DNA of 64,000 nucleotides from Oculina patagonica. Taxonomy: Eukaryota. The notes beneath the pieces were generated by a model. The model was not told where the DNA came from, made no database searches, and was given only the letters and a program-made list of their open reading frames with translations. Positions 14,201 through 26,383 of the stretch are shown piece after piece. Made by a program: the position numbers and the translations under genes. The stretch covers positions 23,746,001-23,810,000 of the forward strand of contig NC_135761.1 in assembly GCF_052425735.1 (NCBI RefSeq), written 5' to 3'. How positions within the stretch are numbered: position 1 is the first letter of the stretch; each line of letters starts with the position of its first letter.

Positions 14201-17200
14201 ATAAGTTGGGGGTACTGATGAAATTATTTAATCCTTTATTCTGTTCACAAACAGATATGTTGCAATAACCAAAACTGCAGGTAAAATTCACGTCCTAAAA
14301 ATGATAAAATGTCCAGCATCAGTTCTCCCCTATTTTAAGCTCTTTAGGATAAAGTTCACTAAGCCTGGCACATTTTTTACCCACTATTCTGGAATAAGAA
14401 TGGTTGGTACAGAATGCTAGGATTAATTCTGATGGCCTGCATTAAAAAACGCCCACATAGTCAAGATAATATGCGCGGTCCTGGCACAAGTAAACATTGC
14501 ATAATAAATATGGCGACCAATAAAGAGGCTAAAATTGCAGCCATTATCACAGCAATTTTTCCACTTAAAAAAAAAGGAAAAAGTATGGAGACTGTTATGG
14601 ATTTGCCAAAGGTTCTAGCCGTGCTATTCACAAAGGAGAGGAGACACATCCCTCGAATCATAGGCTGTGTCGTCCGCCATATTGGATTTCATTGGCAACA
14701 TTCTGTTCATTCTGCCCATGGGAGCAGAATGAACGGAATGGCATACTGTCAATTTCGGAATAGGAATGCAGAATAGAAAAACGGGTGCATTTCACATTCT
14801 GGCCATTCTTTTTCCAGAATTAGGGGGAAAAACAAGCCTTAAGGTGAAAATTTGAATAAGCCTTACTCTAGCCTTAACAAAACACCCTTTTAAACCTGGC
14901 ATTAATTAGGGGCCTTGATTAAGATACATGCAGTTTTATGATACTAAGATGGAATTCTGATTATTCATTTTATCACTAGGGTCGTACAGCTTTGGATGCC
15001 ACAATCCAAACACTTAAAATTGATAAGGTTGATGATGAGTTATCCACTGGAAGACAGAAGGTAGTTAAATTCCTTCGCAATTACAAAGGGCCTGAGAGTG
15101 ATGTAGAATTATGGAGAAGAAATGCTGTCTTTGATGAAGATAGTGAAGAAGTTGAAGAGTCTTCTGGACAAAATACATCAAGTGCTTTACAGAGATTTAA
15201 TGAGAAACTCAAGAAGAAAGAGATGGAGAGACTTCAAAGGATGAATAGGACTGTCTTTGACGACAGTATTCAAGAAGACACTGATGGAATACGTCCATCT
15301 AAAATTAGGAAAGGAGTGAACATAAGTGAAGATGACGATTCACAAGAGAATCAGTGTGAAGTCATCTTATCATATCCTTCTAGCTCATCTACAGAGTCAC
15401 AATGTACTTCTGGTAATAATATTGATTACCAATCAAGAGGGTTACACATAGATGGCAGTGCTGACAGCATGGCCCCTTATGACGGTATTCAAACATTTTC
15501 AGATGCCAGTGACTGTGAAGAAAATGATCACAGAGATGAGGATAGCACTTATGCATCAATGGATGAAGAGAACAATGGGGTTGAAATGGTTGATTCTGAT
15601 GATCAAGATTCCGTTATTGTGTCGACTGCTTTTGTTGATCCTGTCACAGGAATTAAAAGTAGTAGTCATGTGGTTGATCAGGTGCCATCTCTAGTCTCTC
15701 AAAAAACTGCAGATTGGCTTGTTGATGATGTAGGGCCACGGACTGCCAAACGTAAACGTCCAGCAAAGCAAACAAAGCTTCCAAGATCGATGCAACAGCC
15801 AAAAAGAATTTCTACAACTACAACTAGACCTACACACCGGTTAAGCCTTAGTACATCACAAAAAATGCCTCGTCCAAAGCAATCAACATTAGCTGTGTCC
15901 AAAGAAACTAGAACACCTCAGAATTCAATTTCTGTCTCAAATTCTTCTGCTAGTAACGTTTCAACTCCACTACCATCAAGAGCAGATGTTATTTCTACTG
16001 TTCCAGGAGCAAACTCTAGATCACATATCCCTACAACAAGTCCAAGGCACATGGTGGCCCCAGGGGGGACTCCACCCATGCGCCTAAGGGTACGGGTGCA
16101 GGACAAGGTGTTTCTCATTCCATGTCCTCAAGGCAATGCACAAGAAGCCAAGAATATTGGTTGGCTAGCGGAACAGGTGAGTAACAGAGGAACTATAATG
16201 AAGTTTTCCTTATTTCTCGCATTGTTTTGTTATAGAAAATATCCATTCCCCTTCCCAAAATGGTGTTTGGTGTCACCCCCACCCTGTCCCAATCTAGCCT
16301 GCAAACATGCTCCCTAGTGGGGTCAGGGTTCTACGGGTCCTGGAAAACCTGTAAAGCCCTGTAAATTTTATTGTGGCACTTTTCTAGGATTGGAAAGTCC
16401 AGGAAAAAGACTACCAGTCCTGGAAAGTTCTGGAAATCTGTTGACCTCAAGTATGACTGAATTCTCAGAACTATGTTATAAGAAATGTACAGACAGTAGG
16501 GAGAAATAATAATTATTGAGATCTTGGGAGTGAAAGAGTTGAAAAGTCCTGGAAAATTGTTATGAAATTTCCAATGACCCTCCTTGTGGAAAGGGGGGGA
16601 TAAGAATATTTCCATGAACTGCAAATTTTCATCTAACTCTTTCAAGGTTAAAACATCAAGGGTCAATAAGAAAGCAAAGTCTACCCAACACCTGGTTTAA
16701 GGCGTAAATGAGGTTTACACAGGACTCTGTGATCCACCATCTGAATCAACAGATTAAAATTAATATTGTATTTATATGGCAGTCACATTGATGTTCCCAA
16801 ATAATGATACCACTTGACCCGTTTTGGGGGATGAATTCTTTTGTTCATGTACATGTGGCAGTAATACACCCCACCATGGCTTACTTATCATGTTCTAATT
16901 CAATTGGACATAACAGGGGACTGTGTTTTGAGGATTACTTAACATCATTTGTTTTTATTTACGTTGAAGGCTGCCCTCCGGTACTTTTCCTCTTTTGGTC
17001 TTCGTCCTGTGTTAGCCTTAAAAACAAGGGAAGGTGCCTTCTTGTCAGCAGAGGATAAAATTTCAGATGTGCTGTCAAGTAATGAAGAAGTCATGGCATC
17101 TGTGGAGTCTTGGGACTTACCTGCTTTGTCTGAAAGATATTGTGTTGCATGTACCAACACCAGCACAAGTAAGTGATTACCAATCTGTTACTTTTATGTA

Positions 17201-20200
17201 AAATTGGCTGTTTGGAGGCCTCTACAGTGGAACTCTAATTTCTTAAACATGTGATTCCTCGGATTCCTTGTATTTGCTCCCCTGAACACTGTAATAATTA
17301 TTTAACACCCAGTTTTCGAACAGTGTGACTCCTGGAAACTGAAACCAATCCTCGGCACCCATGCCAAGTTTTCTAAAACCATTTCAAGTTAAGCTTCATG
17401 TGGCTTTCTTTAAAAATTTCTCACTTTTAAGATCCCCCTCCCACCTTACCCCTTTTTATTGACTTGCCATGGAACGGGTGTGGATATTATCTGAAACAAC
17501 ACATTGTTTGTATTATTTTTGTCTGCAATAAAGTTAGTTGACTTCTATTAATGAGAACACTTATAATTTTTGCCCAGTACCAAGAACAGACATACTGCAG
17601 ATTCTTGAGGCTGATCCCCAACTATCAAGCTTCAGCTTATCAAACAAAGCACTGCAAGATGTCCACGTTCTGCCACTATACAGAGCTCTTCAGTGTCATG
17701 ACACCCTAACCAAGCTTATGTTACCTGGTAACAGAATAGGTATGTAATGGTTATAGGTGATTTCCAACCTACAGTCCCCAGGGTCTGCTCTGCCTTTTAA
17801 AATATCTGGCAAGAGAGCTGACAAGCTGCCATTTTAAAAACCAACCCATAAAGGACCGTGGAGACAAGGTTGAGATAATATCATAAGTTCTCGAATGTAA
17901 GGTAGTTGCACTCCAAAATAGCACCATGATTTCAGGATTGCTAGACTATGAGCAGCCCCTCTTTCATTCTTAGTCTGCCTTAGCATGTCTCACCCTAGAT
18001 TTCAAGTTGCGATTTGTCTCTCATTTTCTTTTTCAATCCCTTTAGGTGACTCCGGTGTCCAGCATCTGGTATCAGCACTCCCCACTCTCCCCTCCCTTGC
18101 AATATTGGACTTGACATCCAATGGAATAACTCACAAAGGGCTGTCCTTTGTGGCCAGTGCTCTCACTTCTAGGGACTCCACAAATTCAGGGACACAGCAG
18201 GTATGGAGACGACCCTTCTTCCAACTGTAGTTGTCAATTAATTTCTCCTCATAATATCAATACAAATTCAATCATTCAAGATCCAAGAATAAAGGAACAG
18301 GTTGCGTAGGAAAAAACCAACATTAAAAAAAAACAAAAGAGGACTAGTAACTATTATTTGTTAAAGCCAGTTAGGATGGTACAAATTTTGTTCATAACCA
18401 TTGCTACGACATTTACCCTGTATAAAATGCAATTTGTCCAAAGTTTGTGGTAATTTTCTGGCATAATTTTAGTGTATTCAGAAGTGCATGTGCTGTTGTT
18501 CAAGAAAAACCCTAAATAAACTCTCCAGGATTACTTTGAAAACTTGCTATAAACAGTAAGGGATCCCCCAAATGAGAAGAACATTAGCCAGAATACGATT
18601 TCTTGTAGTAGTGCTAATCAAAATGTTGTTGTTTTCTACAGAACTGTACTCTGCAGAAGCTGGAAGAATTTAACATCAGTTACAACTGGTTGGGTGACAG
18701 TGCTGGTAGTTCATTGGCTGCCATTCTCAAGAGATGTCCCATTCTGAATACCTTAAGAATAGAATCTTGTGGTCTCACTGGTCATGTTGCTGCCCAAGGA
18801 AAAGAGTTTTCTGTAGCTTTAAAAGGTAGTTATGATTCATAGTTTATGTTATGAGCTATTGTTTACAAGTGCTGTTTTAGGCTTTGTCCATCAGGCTTGA
18901 TTGTTGGGGTTAAAGTAGAGTCACTGAATAGCATTTTGCTTGTATTTATACGAGACATATGGACTAATCACTAAGATATTACAAAGTTCTGTGTTATGGC
19001 AATCCTGCCTTTCTTTGGGTGTGCAAGACAAATAACTGGTAATTAGCACTTTGTAATACATGTGGAAGGCTTATTCAGTTTTTATTGACGTGTGAATATT
19101 AATGAACATTACGATGGCATCTTAATAAAGTTAGACATGCAGTTTTTTGTGAGGAGGTAAAGCTTAAAAAAACAATGTTCCAGGCAAATGTGTCCCAAAA
19201 TTGGATACGATATTTTGGTGGAGTTTTTTCTGCCTCAACTAACTCGACTGGCCAAACAAAGCCTATATAAAAGGGACATAGGATTACTCGTCTACAGAGA
19301 GAATGATAAGAATCTATTACCACCACTCAACTCCGCTACAATCTTCTCCGCTACAATCTTTACTTCACTGCTCTTCTCTATTCTACTCTACTCTTCTCTA
19401 CTTAATACTACTGTACTCTACACCACTCTGCTCTACTTCACCTCTACTCTACTCTACTCGACTCGACTCTATACAACTGTACTCTACATCACTCTACTCC
19501 ACCTCGACTCGACTCAACTACTACTCTACTCCACCTCTACTATACTCTACTCGACTCGACTCCACCTCCACTGGACTGGGCTGGACTCGACTCCACTCTA
19601 CGTTATACTACTGTACTCTACACCACTCTACTCTACTCCACCTCGACTCGACTCGACTCGACACGACTCGTGGGGCCGTAAAAGCGTAAGGTTTAGAAGG
19701 AAAACAGGCGTAGGGCGGTAGAAGTGTAGAGTTAAGAATGAAAGCGTTAAGTTTAGAATGAAAACATAGCGCCGTAGAAGTGTACAGTTAAGAATGAAAA
19801 CGTAGAGCCGTAGAAGTGTAAAGTTTAGAATGAAAACGTAGAGCCGTAGAAGTGTAAAGTTTAGAATGAAAACGTAAAGCCGTAGAAGTGTAAAGTTTAG
19901 AATAAAAACGTAGGGCCGTAAAAGCATAAAGTTTAGAATGAAAACGTAGGGCCTTAGAAATGTATAGTTTAGAATTAAAACGTAGGGCCTTAGAAGTGTA
20001 CAGTGTAGAATTAAAACGTAGGGCCGTAAAAGCGTAAAGTTTAGAATGAAAACGTAGGGCCTTACTTAGAAGTGTACAGTTTAGAATGAAAACGTAGGGC
20101 CGTAGAAGTGTACAGTTTAGAATGAAAACGTAGGGCCGTAAAAGCGTAAAGTTTAGAATAAAAACGTAGGGCCTTAGAAGTGTACAGTTTAGAATGAAAA

Positions 20201-23200
20201 CGTAGAACCTTAGAAATGTACAGTTAACAATGAAAACGTAAGGCCGTAGAAATGTACAGTTTAGAATGAAAACGCCGTAGAAATGTACAGTTTAGAATGA
20301 AAACTTGGGGCCGTAGAAATGTACAGTTTAGAATGAAAACTTGGGGCCGTAGAAATGTACAGTTTAGAATGAAAACGTAGAGCCATAGAAGCGTACAGTT
20401 TAGAATGAAAACTTTGGGCCGTAGAAATGTACAGTTTAGAATGAAAACGTAGGGCCGTAGAAAAGTACAGTTTAGATTGAAAACTTGAGGCCGTAGAAAT
20501 GTACAGTTTAGAATGAAAACTTGGGGCCGTAGAAATGTACAGTTTAGAATGAAAACGTATGGCCGTAGAAATGTACAGTTTAGATTGAAAACGTAGGGCC
20601 TAAGAAGTGTACAGTTAAGAATTAAAACGTAGGGCCGTAAAACGTAAAGTTTAGAATAAAAACATGGGACCGTAGAAATGTACAGTTTAGAATTAAAACG
20701 TAGGGCCGTAAAAGCGTAAAGTTTAGAATGAAAACGTAGAACCTTAAAAATGTACAGTTAAGAATGAAAACGTAGAGCCGTAGAAATGTACAGTTAAGAA
20801 TGAAAACGTAGAGCCGTAGAAATGTAAAGTTTAGAATGAAAAGGGAGAGCCGTAAAAGCGTAAAGTTTAGAATGAAAACGTAGAGCCGTAGAAATGTACA
20901 GTTAAGAATGAAAACGTAGGGCCGTGAAAGCGTAAAGTTTAGAATGAAAAGGGAGAGCCGTAAAAGCGTAAAGTTTAGAATGAAAACGTAGGACCCTAGA
21001 AGTGTAGAGTTAACTGAGAATTAAAACTTAGGGCTGTAAATCGTAAAGTTTAGAATGAAAACGTAGGGCCGTAGAAATGTACAGTTAAGAATTAAAACGT
21101 AAAGCCGTAGAAGTGTAAAGTTTAGAACGAAAACATAGGGCCGTAGAAGTGTACAGTTTAGTCGAGTGGAGTGGAGTGGAGTAGTGTCAAGTGAAGTCGA
21201 GTCGAGTCGAGTAGAGCAGAGTCGAGTCGAGTCGAGTCGAGTTGAGTCGAGTACAGTCGAGAAGAGTAGAGTGGAGAAGAGTAGAGTTGAGTCAAGTGAA
21301 GTAGAGTCGAGTCGAGTCAAGTAGAGTAGAGTATAGAGTAGAGTCGAGGTGAGGTGATTCAAGTCGAGTCCAGTAGAGTCGAGTTGAGTCGAGTGTAGTT
21401 GAGTCGAGTAGCCTACAGTAGAGTAAACTCGAATCAAATATGGGAGAGTCGAGTCGAGTAGAGCAGCGTTCAGAAGAGCGTAGCGTAGAGTAGAGTAGAG
21501 TAGCGTAATAGTATAGTAGACTCGAATCAAGTATAGTAGAGTAGAGCAAAGTAGAGTATAGTACAGTAGAGTACAGTTGAGTCGAGTAGAATAGAGACGA
21601 GAACAGTCACATAAGCTTATATAAACGTACAGTAGCGTGGCGGAGACGAATAAAGAAGTGTTGGGAGTAGAGACCAGTCCAGTCGAGAATCATTAAGTCA
21701 GAGACGACTAGAGTAGAGTAGAACAGAGTGTAATCTAGTAGAGACAAGTCCAGTCAAGTAGCGTACGTAGATGCGGGAGTAGCCTGCGAACAGGCTCCCG
21801 AGCGGGGCCTGAGGGAGAGTAACCCCACTCGCTTCGCTCGCGGAAATCCCACTCGGGAGCCGGTTCGCAGGCTACAGGAGTAGAGTACATGATAGTAAAG
21901 CAGATTCAAGTGGTGTCCAGATGAGTAGGGTACAACAGTTGGGTATTCACGTATTGCGTCGAGTTGAAAAAAGTTGTGATGGTGTAGTAGAGTTGAGTCA
22001 AGTTGAGAAAAGTTGGTAATATGTGGTATATTTGACTTGAGAGATAAGAGTAGAAAGTTTACTTGAGATGATAAGAGTAAAGATGTGATGTTAGCAGTTG
22101 CGTAGAGTTGAGAAAACCTATTATCATGTGGTAGGGTTCAATCGAGAGGTTGAAAAGAGTTGTGATGGTGTAATAGACTTTGTGGTTGAGAGTGAATCGA
22201 GAATAGGTGAGTACTTACAGATCAACCGGAATGTTACTAAAAGAGGACTAATAACGTACAGAATAACTTAATGTAAAGACAGTCGAGCTAGTCGAGATAC
22301 AGAAAAAACTCCACCAAAATTTTCTATCCAATTTCGTGCCAGGTATAGTTCCAGGGGGGTTAAAGAAAATTCAAGAAGTGGGGGGGGCACAAACAATTCA
22401 GCAAGGCAGTAACCTTGCCCATACCCACAACAAACTCTCAAAAGATGGTTGGTTACATTTAAAAAAAGAACAAATCCAAGGAAAGGAGGACTGCAGCCCT
22501 CTCAGCCCCCCACTAAATCCACCCATGTGTTCTAAAGTCCGACAATATTTGTAATCATAGAAATATACTTGTACTTTAAAGGAGAAGTTCACTCCAGAAT
22601 GGGCATTTATTTTCTTTACGCCAATAAAAAGTTTACACAAAGATATGTTATTTACCAAACTTTCAGCCTCCAACGTTCGCTATAACCCTATGAAATCTTT
22701 CCCAAAACTCGACAACTGAACGCCGCCATCTTGGAGCTGGTAATGTATGTGTGACGTCAAAGAGCTCAGCCTGAAGCTTGGCGGGAATATTTTAATAGTA
22801 AAAACTCCTTGTTTTTTTGTATTTCTTGGAGCTCTCTTTGAACAAAATGGAGCTGCACAAACAGGCATTTTGACAAATAAAAGCCACTACAAAGAAACAA
22901 GGAGTTTCGAGTATTCAAATTTTCCCACCAAACTTCAGGCTGAGCTCTTTGACGTCACACATACATTACCAGCTCCAAGATGGCGGCGCTCAGTTGTTGA
23001 GTTTTGGGAAAGATTTTGTAGGGTTGTAGTGCACGTTGGAGGCTGAAATTTTGGTGAATAACATATCTTTGTATAAACTTTTTATTGGCATAAAGAAAAT
23101 AAATGGCCATTCTGGAGTGAACTTCTCCTTTAAATAATTGAAATGCCGGGACCAAGCAAACCTTGTACAGAAAATTACAATATTTTTCGACCTACATGTC

Positions 23201-25419
23201 AACTACTTACAGAGATAATAGAGCTGTTTTTGACTGTTGTAAACATTACTTTCATGGCACAAAAAGGTTGTCTTTTCGTGCTGTTTTCTGATCAATCACA
23301 ACAAACACATTAACAATGCATGAACCAATTGATCAGACATGAAAGTAAAACCATTCAACCGGTGTTGGCCAGGAAAATGTGTGTTAGCCAGGAAAAGATT
23401 GCTTTTGCTTCTGATTAGTTAAAAAATCTTGTTTGTTCTGATCAGTTAAAGGACATTGTACAAGTTCTTTAACCAATTCCAAAACTCACTGAATGCAAAA
23501 CCAAGGCCAATACATGATGGCTTTTGACAGTTGATTAAATACTGATCTAATGTATTCTGTGTTCCCTTCAGGTTCTAGATTATCACACCTGTCTGTGGCT
23601 TATAATTTCCTTGGTCCTCAGGGAATAACAAATTTGATCACGGCCCTTCCTTCTGAATCACTGCGTCACCTTAATATCACGTCATCACTAGACGATAAAG
23701 GAAGCCAATCTGCTATTCAGAATATGGTGGAATTAATGGACAAGGTATGTCATTTCAAGTAATATTGAACTGTTCTCTCCAAATAAACTTGTTTGAAATT
23801 TAGCAAGTAATAAATATTGTTGTACTTAAATGCAAAATTTGAAAACAAATTCGAAAAGAGAACTTAAGGAATGGCTATTTGTGTTATTTCTCTAAGACCA
23901 TACTTTACATGGATGGGTATTACATGTTAATCAGATAAATAAATAATTCTAAATGTTATTTCTAAATTTCAATTGAATCTAGAAGCTGCTGGCCATAGGA
24001 ATGTTACGATCATAATATTTCATATATATTTCACCCAAATGTAACACAATTAACCAGCACCTATCTTTTCTTTTACTTTTCTTTTCTTCTCTTTTGATTT
24101 TATGATGTTGATGTTGGCATTTTTAGGGTGGCTGTATTCTGTCTGATCTGATTCTTGGGGATTGTAACATTGGTGACAAAGATCTTGATATACTAATGAA
24201 GGCCAGGTATATGTTCACTGGACTGCAGCATCTGAATCTGAGTTGTAACAAAATTGGAAATAATGGAGTACCATTGCTTGCAAGGTTAGCCTTACAATCA
24301 CTAATTTTTTTCAATATCTCCTGTATTTTTCCCGCAAACATTTTGGAGAAACCACAGCAAGTGCTGCAACAAATTAATTGAAATTACCGGTATGTGGGAT
24401 ACAAAGTTCATGCAGCATAGTTTTTTTGAGACAAAACGTTTTTGCAAATAAGGTATCTAAAACCTTACTTGCTCCTTTAGGGCCACCTTGACTGTGCATT
24501 CCAAGGAATGGTTTTCACTTGCCACAATGTCGGATTCGTAAGAATGGTTATATACGTCTAGAGAAAATTGAAAATTGGAGTCATAAACAGAGTCATGATC
24601 CAGTGAAAACTGGATTGTCACCCCGGCAGATTTGAAAGCACAAGCAGAAGAACAAACTTATCACACAGCAAGTTTTCTGCCAGACCCTCAAATATTTCCT
24701 TTTGGTTGTGACTCAACAATCTTGTTTAAACATCAGCGAAGAAAATTCCAGCGATTTCCAGCTGCTGTTGGGGAACATAACCCTGCACTCCTCCCCAAAA
24801 AGGAGTAAAGACTAGATGCAAGAGAGCAGCAGAAATCAAGCCTTGGAAATTATTTACCACGGCATCCCAGATGAGTCATGATTAGGATGTTTCAAGTTGT
24901 TTTCACTCAGATATATATGCTTTGTTAACAGAAGTTGTGGAGTAAGAAGGGGGGAGTGTCCAAATATTGTGTTCCCTTGATATCTGAAATGACAATGCTT
25001 CCAAAATTTTTCTTTTTGCAGCTCTATAACCTTTTTTTTTTTCAAATGCTTTTATCTTGTTTCGTAGGCTCCTGAAAGAAAGCTGCAAACTTTCAAGTCT
25101 CACGCTGGCTGGTAATGGCAGCATCAATGCTGTTGGTGTAGCATCTTTGCTAGCGGCAGCTAAGGACAGTAAAACCCTTCAAAAACTCAATTTATCAGCA
25201 TGTGGAGTGAAGTCGCCTCTTGATGTGACATTCTTTGATGCTTTAAAAAGTGCAGTTTCTCAAAATGACGGAGAAAGCTCTTTTACGGAGTTGGATCTTT
25301 CTCACAATCTGATAAGTGGTGTTGACAAAGAGAGACTTGCAGAGGAATGGGATGTGAAATTTGCAGGAGAGAATTTATCTTGTGTGAAGAACAATCTATG
25401 TATTTTGACAAAGTTGTAA
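2910..25419 (+). CDS. TONSL: Tonsoku-like protein (TPR - acidic - ankyrin - UBL - LRR), 22 exons, about 1503 aa
   Basis: GT-AG exons in consistent phase: 2910-2940, 3091-3186, 3968-4131, 4924-5225, 5356-5527, 5930-6047, 6889-7034, 7367-7522, 8929-9054, 10205-10415, 11066-11148, 11298-11387, 12568-12640, 13623-13786, 14980-16176, 16970-17168, 17578-17739, 18046-18200, 18642-18825, 23572-23744, 24127-24284, 25068-25419 (total 4512 nt). Motifs: [72 protein letters not shown]-terminal LRRs. An alternative in-frame ATG lies at 2904. Confidence 0.95.
3344..3702. mobile_element. MITE, TA target duplication (Tc1/mariner-like), ttataagccc-repeat family
   Basis: TIR ccgtaaaattccagttataagc / gcttataaccggaattctacgg flanked by TA; similar copy at 30518-30831. 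Confidence 0.85.
4301..4588. mobile_element. MITE with CAGGG termini and 6-bp TSD (tttatg)
   Basis: cagggtttgtatgc...gtgcacgaaccctg; tttatg on both sides; internal gtccttgaa repeats; sister copy at 8322-8619. Confidence 0.85.
6352..6625. mobile_element. Degenerate CAGGG-type MITE (gtcatggaa repeats)
   Basis: agggtacatac...gtatgaacactg ends; internal gtcatggaa repeats like those of the 4301 family. Confidence 0.6.
7575..7970. mobile_element. Long imperfect palindromic MITE
   Basis: gggtaggcaacgctgtcagaaattacagtatttgtatgggaa is mirrored by ttcccatacaaacactgtgaattctgacagcattgcctaccc; arms about 170 bp; boundaries approximate. Confidence 0.75.
8076..8316. mobile_element. Palindromic MITE
   Basis: ccattttacagttg...gtgacctggccttt...gaggctggaggtgacctt is mirrored by aaggtcacctccagcctc...aaaggccaggtcac...caactgtaaaatgg. 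Confidence 0.8.
8322..8619. mobile_element. MITE with CAGGG termini and 6-bp TSD (tgcttg)
   Basis: cagggttcgcac...gtgtacgaaccctg; tgcttg on both sides; high similarity to 4301-4588. Confidence 0.85.
9505..9975 (-). mobile_element. 3' fragment of a CR1/L2-group LINE
   Basis: Minus-strand [16 protein letters not shown]...[10 protein letters not shown]...[16 protein letters not shown] resembles the L2/CR1 ORF2 C-terminus; short (attgt)n tail near 9505-9520. Confidence 0.75.
11458..11800. mobile_element. TTAA-flanked (Kolobok-like) MITE nested in an older MITE end
   Basis: ttaa|agatgatttccagtc...gactggaaatcatct|ttaa; the flanks rejoin to cagtcaaaaccggcgagtaagaacctaatttttaagaacctg, like the left end of the 12757 element. 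Confidence 0.85.
12001..12446. mobile_element. MITE with TGT...ACA termini and 4-bp TSD (Ginger-like), containing a tRNA-like segment
   Basis: TIR tgttgcagttaatttttgatctcagttaatttt; tatt at 11997-12000 and 12447-12450; internal A box tggcaaagtgg and B box gttcaaatcc. Confidence 0.8.
12757..13229. mobile_element. TA-flanked MITE (taagaacct repeats)
   Basis: ta|cagtaaaaacccgcgtataagaacct...aggttcttatacgcaggattttactg|ta. Confidence 0.85.
14362..14838. mobile_element. Non-autonomous DNA transposon, possibly PIF/Harbinger-derived
   Basis: Imperfect TIRs (tattctggaataagaatgg / ccattctttttccagaatta), TAA/TTA flanks, internal MATNKEAK...RRHIPRIIG relic. Confidence 0.5.
19320..19670 (+). repeat. Degenerate pentamer microsatellite (CTCTA/CTCGA)n
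   Basis: actctactct, actcgactcg runs seen directly. Confidence 0.9.
19672..21160 (+). repeat. 36-bp minisatellite, about 41 head-to-tail copies
   Basis: Consensus gggccgtagaa(g/a)tgtacagtttagaatgaaaacgta, with variant gggccgtaaaagcgtaaagtttagaatgaaaacgta; no unique spacers. Confidence 0.95.
21161..21600 (+). repeat. Degenerate pentamer microsatellite (GAGTC/GAGTA)n, reverse complement of 19320-19670
   Basis: gtcgagtcga, gtagagtaga runs seen directly. Confidence 0.9.
21780..21874. mobile_element. Short palindromic TAGCCTG-type MITE nested in the foldback element
   Basis: tagcctgcgaacaggctcccgag...ctcgggagccggttcgcaggcta; flanks cgggag/caggag (near-TSD). Confidence 0.7.
22580..23129. mobile_element. 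Kolobok/T2-type hairpin MITE with TTAA TSD
   Basis: ttaa|aggagaagttcactccagaatgg...ccattctggagtgaacttctcct|ttaa; arms over 200 bp and nearly complementary; THAP-like relic in the centre. Confidence 0.9.
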
Positions 25420-25531
25420 ATACTGCTAGGTATGCTGGCTGTAAATTAATTTGTAAATAAGGTGTACATAGCTTTCAAGTCACAAGTGCTGTACTGTAAT
25501 AGGAATTATAATTTGACTATTATATTCATTA

Positions 25532-25967
25532 CCATAATGATTCGATTAAGCACCCTCCTTCCAATAAGCACCCCCTTTCGAATAAGCGCCCCACTTCGAA
25601 TGTGTTTTTGTTAATAGGCGCCCCTATTTCAATAAGCGCCCCCATTCTTATACGCGCCCCTATTCTAAAAAGCGCTTCTATTGTGGCTCACTGCCCCTAC
25701 TGAAGTCAACGACGTCGAAAAAGATAAACTCATGAACATTCACGGTACCGTACATGCATGCCGTACCGTTCATACATGCAATTCTTGCTTAAGTAACTGA
25801 ACTTTCAACAATTTGTTACTGTTACAGTTTATGTTATTGTTAGTTATTTTAAAATATATTAAAGTTTTGTTTTGAACATTTGGTTGTTTCGCAAAAAATT
25901 AAATAAGCGCCCTGTCCCGAATAAGCGCCCTCCCTTAAGGTGCAAAAATCGAATCGAATCATTATGG
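25532..25967. mobile_element. TA-flanked MITE (aataagcgccc repeats)
   Basis: ta|ccataatgattcgatt...aatcgaatcattatgg|ta; relatives at about 41915-42200 (inverted, partial) and 46580-46910. Confidence 0.85.
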
Positions 25968-26383
25968 TAGCTTAGGAATATTCCTTGTTACATAATAAAT
26001 TATGGACCTCAGTTTCAGAACCACAAATGTGTCCACATGTTGCCATTACATTGCATGAGTTTGTCAATGTTTAGACATACTACCTAAGTATCTGATAAAC
26101 TGGCAAACAACCCATGTGGAGAGTTCACTCAATGTCTTGTACTAGAACTCTCCTTGTCAGTTTACTCTGCCATAATATCCTGGCTTCATTTTGATTATCG
26201 CTGGCCACTATACTATCAATTTCATATGAAGCCTGAGAGTCACAGAGACCACTGTTTACAATGGTCTCTTTGTCAGGTTGTGTTGTACGTTTACCAAGCA
26301 TATTGTTCCCAAGCATAACAGCACTCTTCTGACTTATCCACTAGGGCTCGGCCTCTTCATTTCCAAAGATGACAGATAAATAT

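Larger units (their letters stand above)
19192..22340. mobile_element. Foldback-like composite element: TIR, pentamer array, 36-bp tandem array, inverted pentamer array, TIR
   Basis: About 60-bp imperfect TIRs (aaattggatacgatattttggtggagttttttctg at about 19198-19232 vs cagaaaaaactccaccaaaattttctatccaattt at about 22300-22334). Confidence 0.7.

Noticed and set aside
14992-16317. Stand-alone 441-aa gene
   Set aside because: It is TONSL exon 15 (14980-16176) plus intron read-through.
19672-21160. CRISPR array (36-bp repeat length)
   Set aside because: Units are directly adjacent with no unique spacers, there are no cas genes, and the array lies in a eukaryotic intron; it is a minisatellite.
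19188-21549. ORFs rich in [15 protein letters not shown] repeats
   Set aside because: These are translations of the micro- and minisatellites, not proteins.
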